Shown here piece by piece: positions 20,759 to 30,334 of a DNA stretch of 64,000 nt. This DNA comes from an uncultured Clostridium sp. Lineage in GTDB: Bacteria > Bacillota > Clostridia > TANB77 > CAG-508. The stretch's first letter is position 1. Each line of letters starts with the position of its first letter. The translations under genes and the position numbers were made by a program. Below the pieces are notes generated by a model. The model worked only from the letters and a program-made list of their open reading frames with translations, did no database searches and was not told where the DNA came from. Where the stretch lies: assembly GCA_947364715.1 (NCBI GenBank), contig CANAUI010000004.1, positions 7,454 to 71,453 on the forward strand, given 5' to 3'.

Positions 20759-20808
20759 CACATCTGTCATTAACTAAAAAGTAATATTTTAGGGCTGTGA
20801 ATTTTAAC
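20759..20808 (-). repeat. Partial copy of the MITE arm unit (TIR-proximal half)
   Basis: The reverse complement GTTAAAATTCACAGCCCTAAAATATTACTTTTTAGTTAATGACAGATGTG aligns with 38995-39050. Confidence 0.55.
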
Positions 20809-20937
20809 AACTTCTTATTTTAATTTTTTTGGATAAAAGATTTAATAAAATATAAATAATGAATTTGATTTATAAATTAGTCAATAAATAGAAATTTCTA
20901 TTGAATAAAAATTATATAATTTGTTTCAGTATACTTT

Positions 20938-20972
20938 CAAAAAAAGAACTTGTCAACAAGTTCTTTTTCTTT
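20938..20972. terminator. Terminator after ispH
   Basis: AGAACTTG-TCAA-CAAGTTCT flanked by an A-run and a T-run. Confidence 0.55.
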
Positions 20973-20980
20973 TTTTCTAT

Positions 20981-21009
20981 TTTTCGTCGCAAAGTTCGAC
21001 AAATGTAAT
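20981..21009 (-). promoter_or_regulatory. Family F motif: tandem Spo0A-box-like heptamers
   Basis: TTTTCGTCGCAAAGTTCGACA. The minus strand contains a perfect TGTCGAA. Paralog at 38959-38986. Confidence 0.35.
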
Positions 21010-21029
21010 ATTTCTTCGTTAATGTAAAT

Positions 21030-21890
21030 TTAACAGGAAACTTTTTCTAATTTCTCAATCACTTTTTCTATGCTTTTTCTTGGTGTAGAAGCTCCTGCCA
21101 TAATTCCTACTTTTTTATCTAAGTTTATTCTATCAAGTTCTAGTTCTGTTTCATTTTCTATTAATAAAACTGTTTCACAATGCTGTTTTGCAATTTTATA
21201 TAATTTTTTAGTATTTGAACTATTTTTTCCTCCAATAATAATCATACAATCTACCTTTTGGGCCATTTCTCGTGTTTCTTTTTGTCTAATTTCTGTTGCA
21301 TGACATATGGTATTTTTTATAATTAATTCCACATCTCTTGATATTTCATTTTTAATAATTTCTTCTATTATATAAAATTTTTCTAAACTATATGTTGTTT
21401 GTGAAATAACTAATAATTTTTTTATTCCAGATTTTTCAAATATTTCTAAAGCTTTTATCACTTCATTTTCTTTTTCTATTACAAACTTATTTTCCCCACA
21501 ATAGCTTAGTGTTCCTACATTTTCTGGATGTTCTTTATTTCCTAAAAGAAAGATATAATATCCTTTGTTAGCATATTCTTCTGCAATTTGATGAATTTTT
21601 AATACTTTTGGACAAGTATAATCAATTAATTCGATTTGTTTTTCTTTTGCTAATTTATAAGTTTGTTTTTTTATTCCATGTGCACGAATAATAGTTTTTC
21701 CTTTAATTTCTTCAATCTCATCCACAAAATTCATTCCTAAATTTTCCAATTGTTTAATAACTTCTTTATTATGTACAATTTCTCCTAAACCATATAATGT
21801 TTCATTTTGTTTTAACTCTTCCATTGCTCCATCTATTGCTCTTTTTACTCCATAACAAAAGCCTGCTGTTTTTCCTACTATTAATTCCAT
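21030..21890 (-). CDS. ispH: 4-hydroxy-3-methylbut-2-enyl diphosphate reductase
   Basis: 286 aa with GFCYGVKRAI, the conserved Cys triad and SSNT. Confidence 0.9.
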   Translation of the reverse strand: MELIVGKTAGFCYGVKRAIDGAMEELKQNETLYGLGEIVHNKEVIKQLENLGMNFVDEIEEIKGKTIIRAHGIKKQTYKLAKEKQIELIDYTCPKVLKIHQIAEEYANKGYYIFLLGNKEHPENVGTLSYCGENKFVIEKENEVIKALEIFEKSGIKKLLVISQTTYSLEKFYIIEEIIKNEISRDVELIIKNTICHATEIRQKETREMAQKVDCMIIIGGKNSSNTKKLYKIAKQHCETVLLIENETELELDRINLDKKVGIMAGASTPRKSIEKVIEKLEKVSC

Positions 21891-21992
21891 ATTGAATTAC
21901 ATCCCTTTCTCTAGCCACAAATTAAGTTTAACTACTTTTAGTTTTTATCATATTTTACTTTTATTTTTTTCTACTCCATTTTTATTTTACTT

Positions 21993-23048
21993 CTATTTTA
22001 TCATTTTTAAAATTTCTTGTTTTAAGGTTTCTACAATTTTTTCTTGTGGTACTTTTTTTATGATTTCACCTTTTTTAAATAATAATCCTTCTCTTACACC
22101 ACCTGCTATTCCAATATCTGCTTCTCTTGCTTCTCCAGGTCCATTTACTGCACACCCCATAACAGCAACTGTAATATCTGCCTCTATACTATTTAAAAAT
22201 TCTTCTACTTCTTTAGCCATTGGAATTAAATCAATTTGTGTCCTTCCACATGTAGGACAAGCAACTAATGTTGGTACTTTATTATACAAATTGCAATCTT
22301 TTAATATTTCCTTTGCAACTTTAATTTCTTTTACTGGGTCATCTGAAAGAGAAACCCTTATAGTATCTCCTATTCCATTTCTTAACATATACCCTAATCC
22401 AATACTAGATTTTACAGTTCCACTAAATTCTGTTCCACTTTCTGTAATTCCTAAATGTAATGGACAATCAAAAGCTTTTGATGCTTCTTCATAACTTTCT
22501 ATACATAAATCTAAATTAGATGCTTTTAGAGAAATTAAATAATTATTAAAATCTAGTTTTTTTAAGATTTCTATATGTCTACTAGCACTTTCTACCATTG
22601 CTTTTGCTGTTGGTTTCCCATATTTTTCTAACAAGTCTTTTTCTAAAGAGCCTGCATTAACTCCAATTCTAATAGGTATATTATATTCTTTACATTTATC
22701 TACAACTGCCTTTACTTTATCTTCAGTTCCAATATTTCCTGGATTAATTCTTACCTTATCAACTCCTGATTTTATAGCTTCTAAAGCAATTTTATAATCA
22801 AAATGTATGTCTGCAACAATTGGGATATGAATTTGTTTTTTTATCTCTTTTATAGCTTTAGCATCTTCTATATCTAATACAGCTACTCTAATAATTTCAC
22901 ATCCTGCTTTTTCTAATTGTAATATTTGCTTCACAGTTGCTTTTATATCTTTTGTTTTTGTATTACACATAGATTGAATAACTACTTTATTTTGTCCACC
23001 TATTTGTACATTTCCTACCATGATTTTTTTGGTTTCTCTTCTATCCAT
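21993..23048 (-). CDS. ispG: (E)-4-hydroxy-3-methylbut-2-enyl-diphosphate synthase
   Basis: 351 aa with RINPGN, CPTCGR and GCxVNGPGE. Confidence 0.93.
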   Translation of the reverse strand: MDRRETKKIMVGNVQIGGQNKVVIQSMCNTKTKDIKATVKQILQLEKAGCEIIRVAVLDIEDAKAIKEIKKQIHIPIVADIHFDYKIALEAIKSGVDKVRINPGNIGTEDKVKAVVDKCKEYNIPIRIGVNAGSLEKDLLEKYGKPTAKAMVESASRHIEILKKLDFNNYLISLKASNLDLCIESYEEASKAFDCPLHLGITESGTEFSGTVKSSIGLGYMLRNGIGDTIRVSLSDDPVKEIKVAKEILKDCNLYNKVPTLVACPTCGRTQIDLIPMAKEVEEFLNSIEADITVAVMGCAVNGPGEAREADIGIAGGVREGLLFKKGEIIKKVPQEKIVETLKQEILKMIK

Positions 23049-23100
23049 TTTTATTGTTCCTCTCTTTTTCCTTTTCTTGTTTCCTATAATAAATTATTGA

Positions 23101-23322
23101 TATTATAGAAAATCTCTGATTTTTCCTATAACGGAACAAAAGCGACATTAAAAATGCCATCTTTTTACATTATCTATATGTTGTGCCTTTGTTTGTCCGC
23201 GAAAATTCTTTTAAGATTTTGTGGAAAGTATTTATATTATAAGAAATCTGGAGAACTTTCTATAATAGAACAAATCGGAAAGCCTTAATATTAGTATAAT
23301 TTGAACTTTTTTCTTCATATAT
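23101..23322 (+). repeat. a-b-c modular hairpin repeat array, copy D1 (order c-a-b-c-a')
   Basis: Aligns module by module with 42607-42778 and 58655-58884. Its last 50 nt (GAACAAATCGGAAAGCCTTAATATTAGTATAATTT) are nearly identical to 58664-58712. Confidence 0.65.
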
Positions 23323-23360
23323 AAAAAAGTTGCCAAAACACCACTTCTTCTTTGGCAACT
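23322..23360 (-). terminator. Terminator of the WalR-like gene (stem overlaps the stop codon)
   Basis: Minus strand reads TAGTTGCCAAA-GAAGAAGTGGTGT-TTTGGCAAC TTTTTT. Confidence 0.6.
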
Positions 23361-24093
23361 ATTTAGAAGCTATATAATATCCAACTCCTCTTTTAGTTAT
23401 TAATATCTTTGGTGTTGATGTATCTCTTTCAATTTTTTCTCTAATTCTTCTTACAGTTACATCTACTGTTCTTATGTCTCCATAATATTCATATCCCCAA
23501 ACTTTTTCTAATAATGTTTCTCTTGTAACTACTTGTCCTGGTTGTGATGCTAAAAATTTTATAACTTCAAATTCTCTTACTGTTAAGTCTATAATTTCTC
23601 CTCTGATTTTTACTTCAAATTTGTCTAAATCTAATTCTAAGTCATTAACTATAATTTTATTTTCTTTCTTTTTGACATTATTACTATCTATTCTAGTTAC
23701 ATTAAGATTTTCCACTTTTCTTAAATTTGCTTTAACTCTTGCTATTAATTCTCTAACACTAAATGGTTTTGTAATATAGTCATCTGCTCCTAATTCTAAT
23801 CCTAATATTTTGTCAATTTCATTATCTTTTGCTGTTAGCATTAAAATTGGTACATTATATAAATTTTTTATTCTTTTACATACAGATAATCCATCCATTT
23901 TTGGTAGCATAATATCTAACAAAATCAAATCTGGATATTGTTCTAATGCAATATTTAACGCTGTTACTCCATCATTTGCTTCAATTACATTATATCCTTC
24001 TTTTTTTAAATTATATACTAGTATTTCTCTTATTGGTTGTTCATCATCAACAATTAAAATTGTTTTTTGTTCTCTATCTAATTCTTCTTCCAC
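23359..24093 (-). CDS. OmpR-family response regulator, WalR/YycF-like
   Basis: ILIVDDEQPI.., LILLDIMLPKMDG, LTAKDNEIDKILGLELGADDYITKPFS and a winged-helix C-terminus. GTG at 24093 follows GGCGGAG, whereas the ORF-track ATG at 24165 has no RBS. No kinase gene is adjacent. Confidence 0.85.
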   Translation of the reverse strand: MEEELDREQKTILIVDDEQPIREILVYNLKKEGYNVIEANDGVTALNIALEQYPDLILLDIMLPKMDGLSVCKRIKNLYNVPILMLTAKDNEIDKILGLELGADDYITKPFSVRELIARVKANLRKVENLNVTRIDSNNVKKKENKIIVNDLELDLDKFEVKIRGEIIDLTVREFEVIKFLASQPGQVVTRETLLEKVWGYEYYGDIRTVDVTVRRIREKIERDTSTPKILITKRGVGYYIASK

Positions 24094-24265
24094 AAAAACT
24101 CCGCCTTTCTTTTTTAGCTTTATTTTTACATTTATACTTATATCATACTTATTTCTATTATACAAGTAATTTTGTGATTTTTTTATAATCTATTTTTACA
24201 ATTCACAGCTGATAAATAGAAACCATTATGTTTTTATTATAAGTAAATGATTTGTTTTGAATGTA

Positions 24266-24294
24266 TTGACATTAATAGTATTTAGTCATATACT
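24266..24294 (+). promoter_or_regulatory. Putative sigma-A promoter of the oxidoreductase operon
   Basis: TTGACA-17 nt-TATACT, about 40 nt upstream of the AGGAGG RBS. Confidence 0.55.
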
Positions 24295-24331
24295 AAACTC
24301 GTAAAATTTTAATAAAAGGAGGCAATTAATA

Positions 24332-24913
24332 ATGGATAACATGATAGAAATTAGATGGCATGGTAGAGGTGGTCAAGGTGCCAAAACAGCATCTTTATTA
24401 TTAGCTGATGCAGCTTTTAACACTGGTAAATATATTCAAGGTTTTCCTGAATATGGTCCTGAAAGAATGGGCGCCCCTATTACTGCATATAACAGAATTA
24501 GCCAAACCCCTATCACAATTCATAGTAATATTTATGAACCTGATTATGTTGTAGTTGTTGATGACACACTTTTAGAATCAGTTAATGTAAGTGCTGGTTT
24601 AAAAGAAACAGGAGCAATTATTATTAACACAACAAAACCTGCTGAATACCTAAAAAAAGCATTAAAAGGATATTCTGGAGAAATTTATACAATTGATGCT
24701 AGAAAAATATCAGAGGAAGCTTTAGGAAAATATTTTCCAAATACCCCTATGTTAGCTGCAATTGTAAAAGTAAGTAAAATAATGACTGATGATGAATTAT
24801 TAGAAGATATGCAAGATTCTTTTAAACATAAATTTGCAAAAAAACCTGAAGTTATAGATGGAAACATGAAGGCTTTAGAGTTAGCTTTGAAAGAAGTTAA
24901 AAAAATCCAATAA
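24332..24913 (+). CDS. 2-oxoacid (pyruvate-type):ferredoxin oxidoreductase, gamma subunit
   Basis: 193 aa with RWHGRGGQG. First gene of the gamma-delta-alpha-beta order. Confidence 0.85.
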   Translation: MDNMIEIRWHGRGGQGAKTASLLLADAAFNTGKYIQGFPEYGPERMGAPITAYNRISQTPITIHSNIYEPDYVVVVDDTLLESVNVSAGLKETGAIIINTTKPAEYLKKALKGYSGEIYTIDARKISEEALGKYFPNTPMLAAIVKVSKIMTDDELLEDMQDSFKHKFAKKPEVIDGNMKALELALKEVKKIQ

Positions 24914-24958
24914 TACTTAAAAAATTACTATATTGCAATAATTTTTGGTAAGAAAGGA

Positions 24959-25273
24959 ATGATATTAAAAATGACAGATATAAATTCAAACACACCTATG
25001 GAGAAATTAACTCCTGGTGGTGATATTTATACTGCTGGAAACGCAAAAGACTTTAAAACAGGTGATTGGAGAAGTTCTTATCCAGTATTTCTCTCTGATA
25101 AATGTAAACAATGTGGATTATGTTTCCCTGTTTGCCCAGAAAATGCTATTCCAGTAGAAAAAGAAGATTTAAAAAGAACAGATTTCAATTATGATTACTG
25201 TAAAGGCTGTGGTGTATGTGCCAAAGTATGCCCTTTCGGTGCTATTGAAATGAGAGAGGAGGAAGCTAAATAA
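24959..25273 (+). CDS. 2-oxoacid:ferredoxin oxidoreductase, delta (2x[4Fe-4S]) subunit
   Basis: Two CxxCxxCxxxCP motifs. The start could instead be the ATG at 24971. Confidence 0.85.
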   Translation: MILKMTDINSNTPMEKLTPGGDIYTAGNAKDFKTGDWRSSYPVFLSDKCKQCGLCFPVCPENAIPVEKEDLKRTDFNYDYCKGCGVCAKVCPFGAIEMREEEAK

Positions 25274-25274
25274 T

Positions 25275-26468
25275 ATGAGTATAAGAGAAAGATTAAGTGG
25301 TAATGAAGCAGTAGCAACTGCTATGAAACAAATTAATCCAGATGTTGTTACAGCCTTCCCTATTACACCTTCAACAGAAATACCTCAATATTTTTCAACT
25401 TTTGTTGATAATGGTCTTGTAGATACAGAATTTGTTGCAGTTGAAAGTGAACATAGTGCTATGAGTGCTTGTATTGGTGCAGAATCTGCAGGTGCTAGAG
25501 CTATGACAGCTACATCTGCAAATGGTTTATCTTTGATGTGGGAGATGATTTATATCGCTTCTAGTTTACGTTTACCTATTGTTATGTCTTTAGTAAATAG
25601 AGCTGTATCTGGACCTTTAAACATTCACAATGACCATTCAGATGCTATGGGGGTTAGAGATGCTGGTTGGATTATGTTATTTTCAGAAAACAATCAAGAA
25701 GCTTATGACAATCTTTTAATGGCACATAAAATTGCAGAAAATAAAAATGTTATGCTACCATTAATGGTTTGTCAAGATGGATTTATTACTTCTCATTCTA
25801 TTGAAAATATAGAACTTGTTGAAGATGATAAAGTAAAAGATTTTGTTGGTTCATATAAACCTGAACATTATTTGCTAAATAAAAATGAGCCAATTGCTGT
25901 TGGCCCATTAGATTTACAAGCATATCTATTTGAACATAAAGCTCAACAAGCAGAAGCTATGAAAAATGCAAAACAAGTCATTTTAGATGTTGCAAAAGAT
26001 TTCGAAATAATGACTGGTAGAAAATATGGTCTTTTTGAGGAATATAAATTAGAAGATGCAGAAATTGCTATTATTTGTATGAACTCAACAGCTGGTACAA
26101 CAAAATTTGTTGTTGATAAATTAAGAGAACAAGGTATAAAAGCAGGTTTATTAAAACTTCGTGTATTTAGACCTTTTCCTGTTGAAGAAATTACAAAAGC
26201 ATTATCACATTTAAAAGCAATTGCTATATTAGATAAAGCAGATTCTTTAAATGCTTCTGGCGGAGCTTTATTTGAAGATGTTACATCTGCTATGTATGTA
26301 AACAATATTCATGTACCTGCACTTAATTATGTGTATGGTATTGGTGGTAGAGATACCAAAGCAGATGATATTGAAAGTGTTTATACAGATTTATTAGAAA
26401 TTATTAAAACAGGAAAAATAGATAATCCTTATCGTTATTTAGGATTAAGAAAGGAAGGTGACAAATAA
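25275..26468 (+). CDS. 2-oxoacid:ferredoxin oxidoreductase, alpha subunit
   Basis: 397 aa with GNEA.., YPITPSTEI and ESEHSA. Confidence 0.88.
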   Translation: MSIRERLSGNEAVATAMKQINPDVVTAFPITPSTEIPQYFSTFVDNGLVDTEFVAVESEHSAMSACIGAESAGARAMTATSANGLSLMWEMIYIASSLRLPIVMSLVNRAVSGPLNIHNDHSDAMGVRDAGWIMLFSENNQEAYDNLLMAHKIAENKNVMLPLMVCQDGFITSHSIENIELVEDDKVKDFVGSYKPEHYLLNKNEPIAVGPLDLQAYLFEHKAQQAEAMKNAKQVILDVAKDFEIMTGRKYGLFEEYKLEDAEIAIICMNSTAGTTKFVVDKLREQGIKAGLLKLRVFRPFPVEEITKALSHLKAIAILDKADSLNASGGALFEDVTSAMYVNNIHVPALNYVYGIGGRDTKADDIESVYTDLLEIIKTGKIDNPYRYLGLRKEGDK

Positions 26469-27424
26469 TGCCTTATAATGTAAAAGAAATTGTTGCAAAT
26501 AAGCCTTCAAGATTTACTTCTGGACATAGAATGTGTGCTGGTTGTGGAGCTCCTCCTGTTGCAAGACATATTATGAGAGCCTTAAAACCAGAAGACCATG
26601 CAGTTGTTGCTGGTGCTACTGGATGTATGGAAGTTTCTACTTTTATATACCCATATACTGCTTGGACTGATTCATTTATTCATACAGCTTTTGAATGTGC
26701 AGGTGCTACACTTGCAGGAGCAGAATCAGCTTATGTATCTATGAAAAGACAAGGAAAATTACCAGCTGAAGGAGATACTAAATTTATTGCCTTTGGTGGA
26801 GATGGTGGAACATATGATATTGGATTACAATCTTTATCAGGTGCTATGGAAAGAGGACATGATATGGTTTATGTATGTTATGATAATGGTGCATACATGA
26901 ATACAGGTATTCAACGTTCTTCTGCAACACCTAAATATGCTGATACAACTACTTCACCTGCTGGAACAGTAGTTCCTGGTAAAACACAATGTAGAAAAGA
27001 TTTAAGTAAAATTATGGTTGGACATCATATTCCTTATGTTGCTCAAACTATTGCTTATATGAATTTTAAAGATTTATATGAAAAAGCTGAAAAAGCTATT
27101 TATACAGAAGGACCAGCATTTTTAAATGTATTATCACCATGTCCTAGAGGTTGGGGTTATCCAACAGAAGATTTAATGAAAATCAATAAATTAGCTGTTG
27201 ATACTTGTTATTGGCCTTTATATGAAGTTGTTAATGGTGTATACCATATTTCATATAAACCAGCTAAAAAATTACCAATTGAAGAATTCTTAAGACCACA
27301 AAAAAGATTCAGACATATGTTTAAACCTGGTAATGAGTGGATGATAGAAGACTTCCAAAGAATTGTTGATGAAAGATGGCAAGAATTGTTAAACTTAGAA
27401 GAAATCACTAATAAGAATAATTAA
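26468..27424 (+). CDS. 2-oxoacid:ferredoxin oxidoreductase, beta (TPP-binding) subunit
   Basis: CAGCG, GGDGGTYDIG and YDNGAYMNTG. The start overlaps the alpha-subunit stop (TAATG). Confidence 0.88.
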   Translation: MPYNVKEIVANKPSRFTSGHRMCAGCGAPPVARHIMRALKPEDHAVVAGATGCMEVSTFIYPYTAWTDSFIHTAFECAGATLAGAESAYVSMKRQGKLPAEGDTKFIAFGGDGGTYDIGLQSLSGAMERGHDMVYVCYDNGAYMNTGIQRSSATPKYADTTTSPAGTVVPGKTQCRKDLSKIMVGHHIPYVAQTIAYMNFKDLYEKAEKAIYTEGPAFLNVLSPCPRGWGYPTEDLMKINKLAVDTCYWPLYEVVNGVYHISYKPAKKLPIEEFLRPQKRFRHMFKPGNEWMIEDFQRIVDERWQELLNLEEITNKNN

Positions 27425-27488
27425 TTCTACAATATTCAACATGAAGAATGTCAGTGGCCACTATGAAATTTTTTAAAACTGCAAAATT

Positions 27489-27516
27489 AAAGAGGTTACA
27501 TTTTTGTAGCCTCTTT
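27489..27516. terminator. Bidirectional terminator between the oxidoreductase operon and the ferredoxin gene
   Basis: AAGAGGTTACA-TTTT-TGTAGCCTCTT hairpin. Confidence 0.5.
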
Positions 27517-27556
27517 CTTGTAATCATTGATATTCTAAAAATATATCAATTATATT

Positions 27557-27733
27557 TTAGTTGTTACTTTCTTCTGGTGCTTCTACTGGACAAACACCTG
27601 CACAAGTTCCACAGCTGATACATGCTGATTCATCAATTACAAATTTATCATCACCTTGTGATATGCATCCAACTGGACAGTCAGCAGCACATGCTCCACA
27701 TGATATACATTTATCTGTTATTTTATATGCCAT
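27557..27733 (-). CDS. fdx: Clostridial-type 2x[4Fe-4S] ferredoxin (58 aa; below the ORF-track size cutoff)
   Basis: Manual translation: MAYKITDKCISCGACAADCPVGCISQGDDKFVIDESACISCGTCAGVCPVEAPEESNN. GGAGGTG RBS upstream. Confidence 0.85.
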   Translation of the reverse strand: MAYKITDKCISCGACAADCPVGCISQGDDKFVIDESACISCGTCAGVCPVEAPEESNN

Positions 27734-27808
27734 TTAATTCACCTCCTCTTACTATAAATGAACATTTTCTTACTTTTATTCTATATGAATTTATACTAAT
27801 TCTTAAAA

Positions 27809-28720
27809 TTATTTTCCTCTCATTCCTTCATCTTCTTTTTCCATTTTTTCTAATTCTTCTAATTCTTTTTTATGTTCTATTTCTTCTTTATCTAATCTTT
27901 CTTTTTCTGCATCTTTAATAATTTGAATATCTTTCACATCATATTTTCTATAAATATATGTATCTCCATCTTTTATTTTTACTCTCACTCTTTCTTTAAG
28001 AGTTTCTATAGAATCAACTTCTCCATTTCCTTCTTCTGTTTTTACAATAGCTCCCATATGTGGTAATCTTTTTAATTTTTCTTCATAAACTTCATTTTCA
28101 TATTTTAAACAACACATTAATCTTCCACAATTTCCTGAAATTTTTGATGGATTCAAAGAAATATTTTGTTCTTTTGCCATTTTGATAGATACAGCTTCAA
28201 AATCATTTAAAAATGTACAACAACATAATTCTCTTCCACATACACCATTTCCACCAATTTTTCTAACTTCATCTCTTACTCCAATTTGCCTTAATTCTAT
28301 TCTTGTTTTATATATGGATGCTAAATCTTTTACTAATTCTCTAAAGTCAACTCTCCCATCTGCTGTAAAATAGAATAAGATTTTACTATTATCAAATTTA
28401 ACTTCTACATCTGTCAATGTCATTTCTAATTTGTGTTCTTTTATCTTCTTTTTACAAATTTCAAATGCCTTTTTTTCTAATGTTTTACATTCATCATAAT
28501 GTTTATAATCTTTTCCATTTGCAATTCTAATAACCAATTTTAGTGGCTCTATAATTTTATCATTTGGAACAGTTTTATTAGGAATCATAACTTCTCCAAA
28601 CTCTTCTCCCTGTGATGTTTCTACAATGACCTTATCCCCTTTTTTTAATCTCCATTTTTTAGGGTCAAAGAAATATATTTTTCCTAACTTTTTGAATCTT
28701 ACTCCTACAATCTCCTTCAA
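27809..28720 (-). CDS. yaaT: PSP1-domain stage 0 sporulation protein YaaT/RicT
   Basis: VGVRFKKLGKIYFF and a Cys-rich core (GVCGRELCCC, GNCGRLMCCL). A TTG at 28720 overlaps the holB TGA (TTGA) and follows GGGAGG. Confidence 0.85.
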   Translation of the reverse strand: MKEIVGVRFKKLGKIYFFDPKKWRLKKGDKVIVETSQGEEFGEVMIPNKTVPNDKIIEPLKLVIRIANGKDYKHYDECKTLEKKAFEICKKKIKEHKLEMTLTDVEVKFDNSKILFYFTADGRVDFRELVKDLASIYKTRIELRQIGVRDEVRKIGGNGVCGRELCCCTFLNDFEAVSIKMAKEQNISLNPSKISGNCGRLMCCLKYENEVYEEKLKRLPHMGAIVKTEEGNGEVDSIETLKERVRVKIKDGDTYIYRKYDVKDIQIIKDAEKERLDKEEIEHKKELEELEKMEKEDEGMRGK

Positions 28721-29613
28721 TTTACTTCCTCCCACATATTTAATATCATATTATCTATACTCATATCATAATTTGCATTTTGATTCAATCTTTTTTTAGT
28801 ATTTTCTATTATTTCAATACAATTTGCATATTGTATGTTCTCTTTTGCTAATTTTAACAATATTATATTCATATATTCTAATATATTCATAATTTCATCT
28901 TTAGACTGATATATATTTTCACTTAATTTTAATATGTCGATTATATCCTTTTGATTCAAATTCTCGATTATAGCTTCTATTGTTTCATATTGTTGTTTTT
29001 TATTTTTTAATATAATTGCTTTTCCTATACTTCCTTGAAAAGCATCTAACATATTTTGACTAATATTTGTCATTTCATATGTTTCTTCCATATATTTTTT
29101 TATAGATTTTGATTCAATTGGCTGAAATGAAATTTTCATACATCTTGATTTTATTGTATTTAAAAACGCATTTTCATTACTGCCTATTAATATAATTGTA
29201 CTATATTCTGGTGGCTCTTCTAATGTTTTTAACAAACAATTTTGTGCTTCAGTTGTCATTTTATCTGCATCATTGATAATATAGACTTTTTTATTTGAAA
29301 TAATTGGCTTTTCTTGTATCTTTCTTTGCAAATATCGAATTTGTTCAATTTTTATACTATTTCCATCTGGTTCTAAGTATAAAAAATCAGGATGATTATT
29401 AGATATGAATTCAATACAAGATTTACATTGACCACAATTTTTTTTCATTTCATTTGTACACAATATAATTTGAGCAAAATCTCTTGCCATCATTTGTTTT
29501 CCAATACCTTCTGTTCCTATAAACATATAGCTATGTGATACTTTGTTTTCATCTACTAATCTTTTTAATTCTTCTTTTATTTGCTCATTTCCAATAATCT
29601 CATCAAACATCAA
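28717..29613 (-). CDS. holB: DNA polymerase III delta' subunit
   Basis: HSYMFIGTEGIGK, a CxxCxxC Zn module and LKTLEEPP. Confidence 0.85.
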   Translation of the reverse strand: MMFDEIIGNEQIKEELKRLVDENKVSHSYMFIGTEGIGKQMMARDFAQIILCTNEMKKNCGQCKSCIEFISNNHPDFLYLEPDGNSIKIEQIRYLQRKIQEKPIISNKKVYIINDADKMTTEAQNCLLKTLEEPPEYSTIILIGSNENAFLNTIKSRCMKISFQPIESKSIKKYMEETYEMTNISQNMLDAFQGSIGKAIILKNKKQQYETIEAIIENLNQKDIIDILKLSENIYQSKDEIMNILEYMNIILLKLAKENIQYANCIEIIENTKKRLNQNANYDMSIDNMILNMWEEVN

Positions 29614-29629
29614 TGATTTCTCGCTCCTT

Positions 29630-30268
29630 TTAATCTACATGTCCCCATTTATTTAATGGCCATATTCTAATTGCCACAATACTTTCTATTTTTTCTAAAG
29701 GTATACAACCAAAAGCTCTACAATCTGTACTATGAGGTCTATTATCTCCCATTGCAAATACTGTATTTTCTGGAACAACAAAATCGGAAAAACCTATATT
29801 TTCTATATCTGTTACAATTCCATTTTGTAAATATGGTTCATCTAATTCTTTTTCATTAATATATACTTTTCCTTCTTTTATTTCCACATGTTCTCCTGGA
29901 AGTGCAATTACCCTTTTTATATAACTTTCTTTTCCCATTTCCAATACATATTTTACAAATTTACCAAATATATTTTTAGGCTCATTTTCATATTTAGCAA
30001 TTGGAGCTCCAGTATCAATTTCCGAACTTGTATAAAACTTTTTCGTTGGTGCTTCAAAAGTAATAATTTCCCCTCTTTCTGGTAAAGTTTTTGTAGTTCT
30101 TGACCATCTATTTAACCATAATCTTTGGTCTTGTTCTAATGTTGGATACATTGAAACTTGTTGTACAATTGTTGGTGTTCCTATAAAATATCTAAATAAT
30201 AATGCCAATACAACTGCTATTATGATACAATATCCCCATTCTAATATTTCTTTTATCTTTGGATTCAA
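29630..30268 (-). CDS. lepB: Signal peptidase I
   Basis: VSMYPTL, KRVIALPG and GDNRPHSTD. TTG start after GAAGGAGAG. Confidence 0.88.
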   Translation of the reverse strand: MNPKIKEILEWGYCIIIAVVLALLFRYFIGTPTIVQQVSMYPTLEQDQRLWLNRWSRTTKTLPERGEIITFEAPTKKFYTSSEIDTGAPIAKYENEPKNIFGKFVKYVLEMGKESYIKRVIALPGEHVEIKEGKVYINEKELDEPYLQNGIVTDIENIGFSDFVVPENTVFAMGDNRPHSTDCRAFGCIPLEKIESIVAIRIWPLNKWGHVD

Positions 30269-30334
30269 CTTTCTCTCTCCTTCATATTATAAAATATAAT
30301 TTATTATACAGTATATTTTTTTATTTTTCAATAT

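Noticed and set aside
24094-24165. 24-codon N-terminal extension of the WalR-like regulator
   Set aside because: The ATG at 24165 has no RBS. The GTG at 24093 follows GGCGGAG and gives a normal receiver-domain N-terminus.
27452-27461. GC-rich palindrome AGTGGCCACT after the oxidoreductase operon
   Set aside because: It is a single 10-bp palindrome with no second copy in the window, and it lies just before the real terminator hairpin. It is probably incidental.
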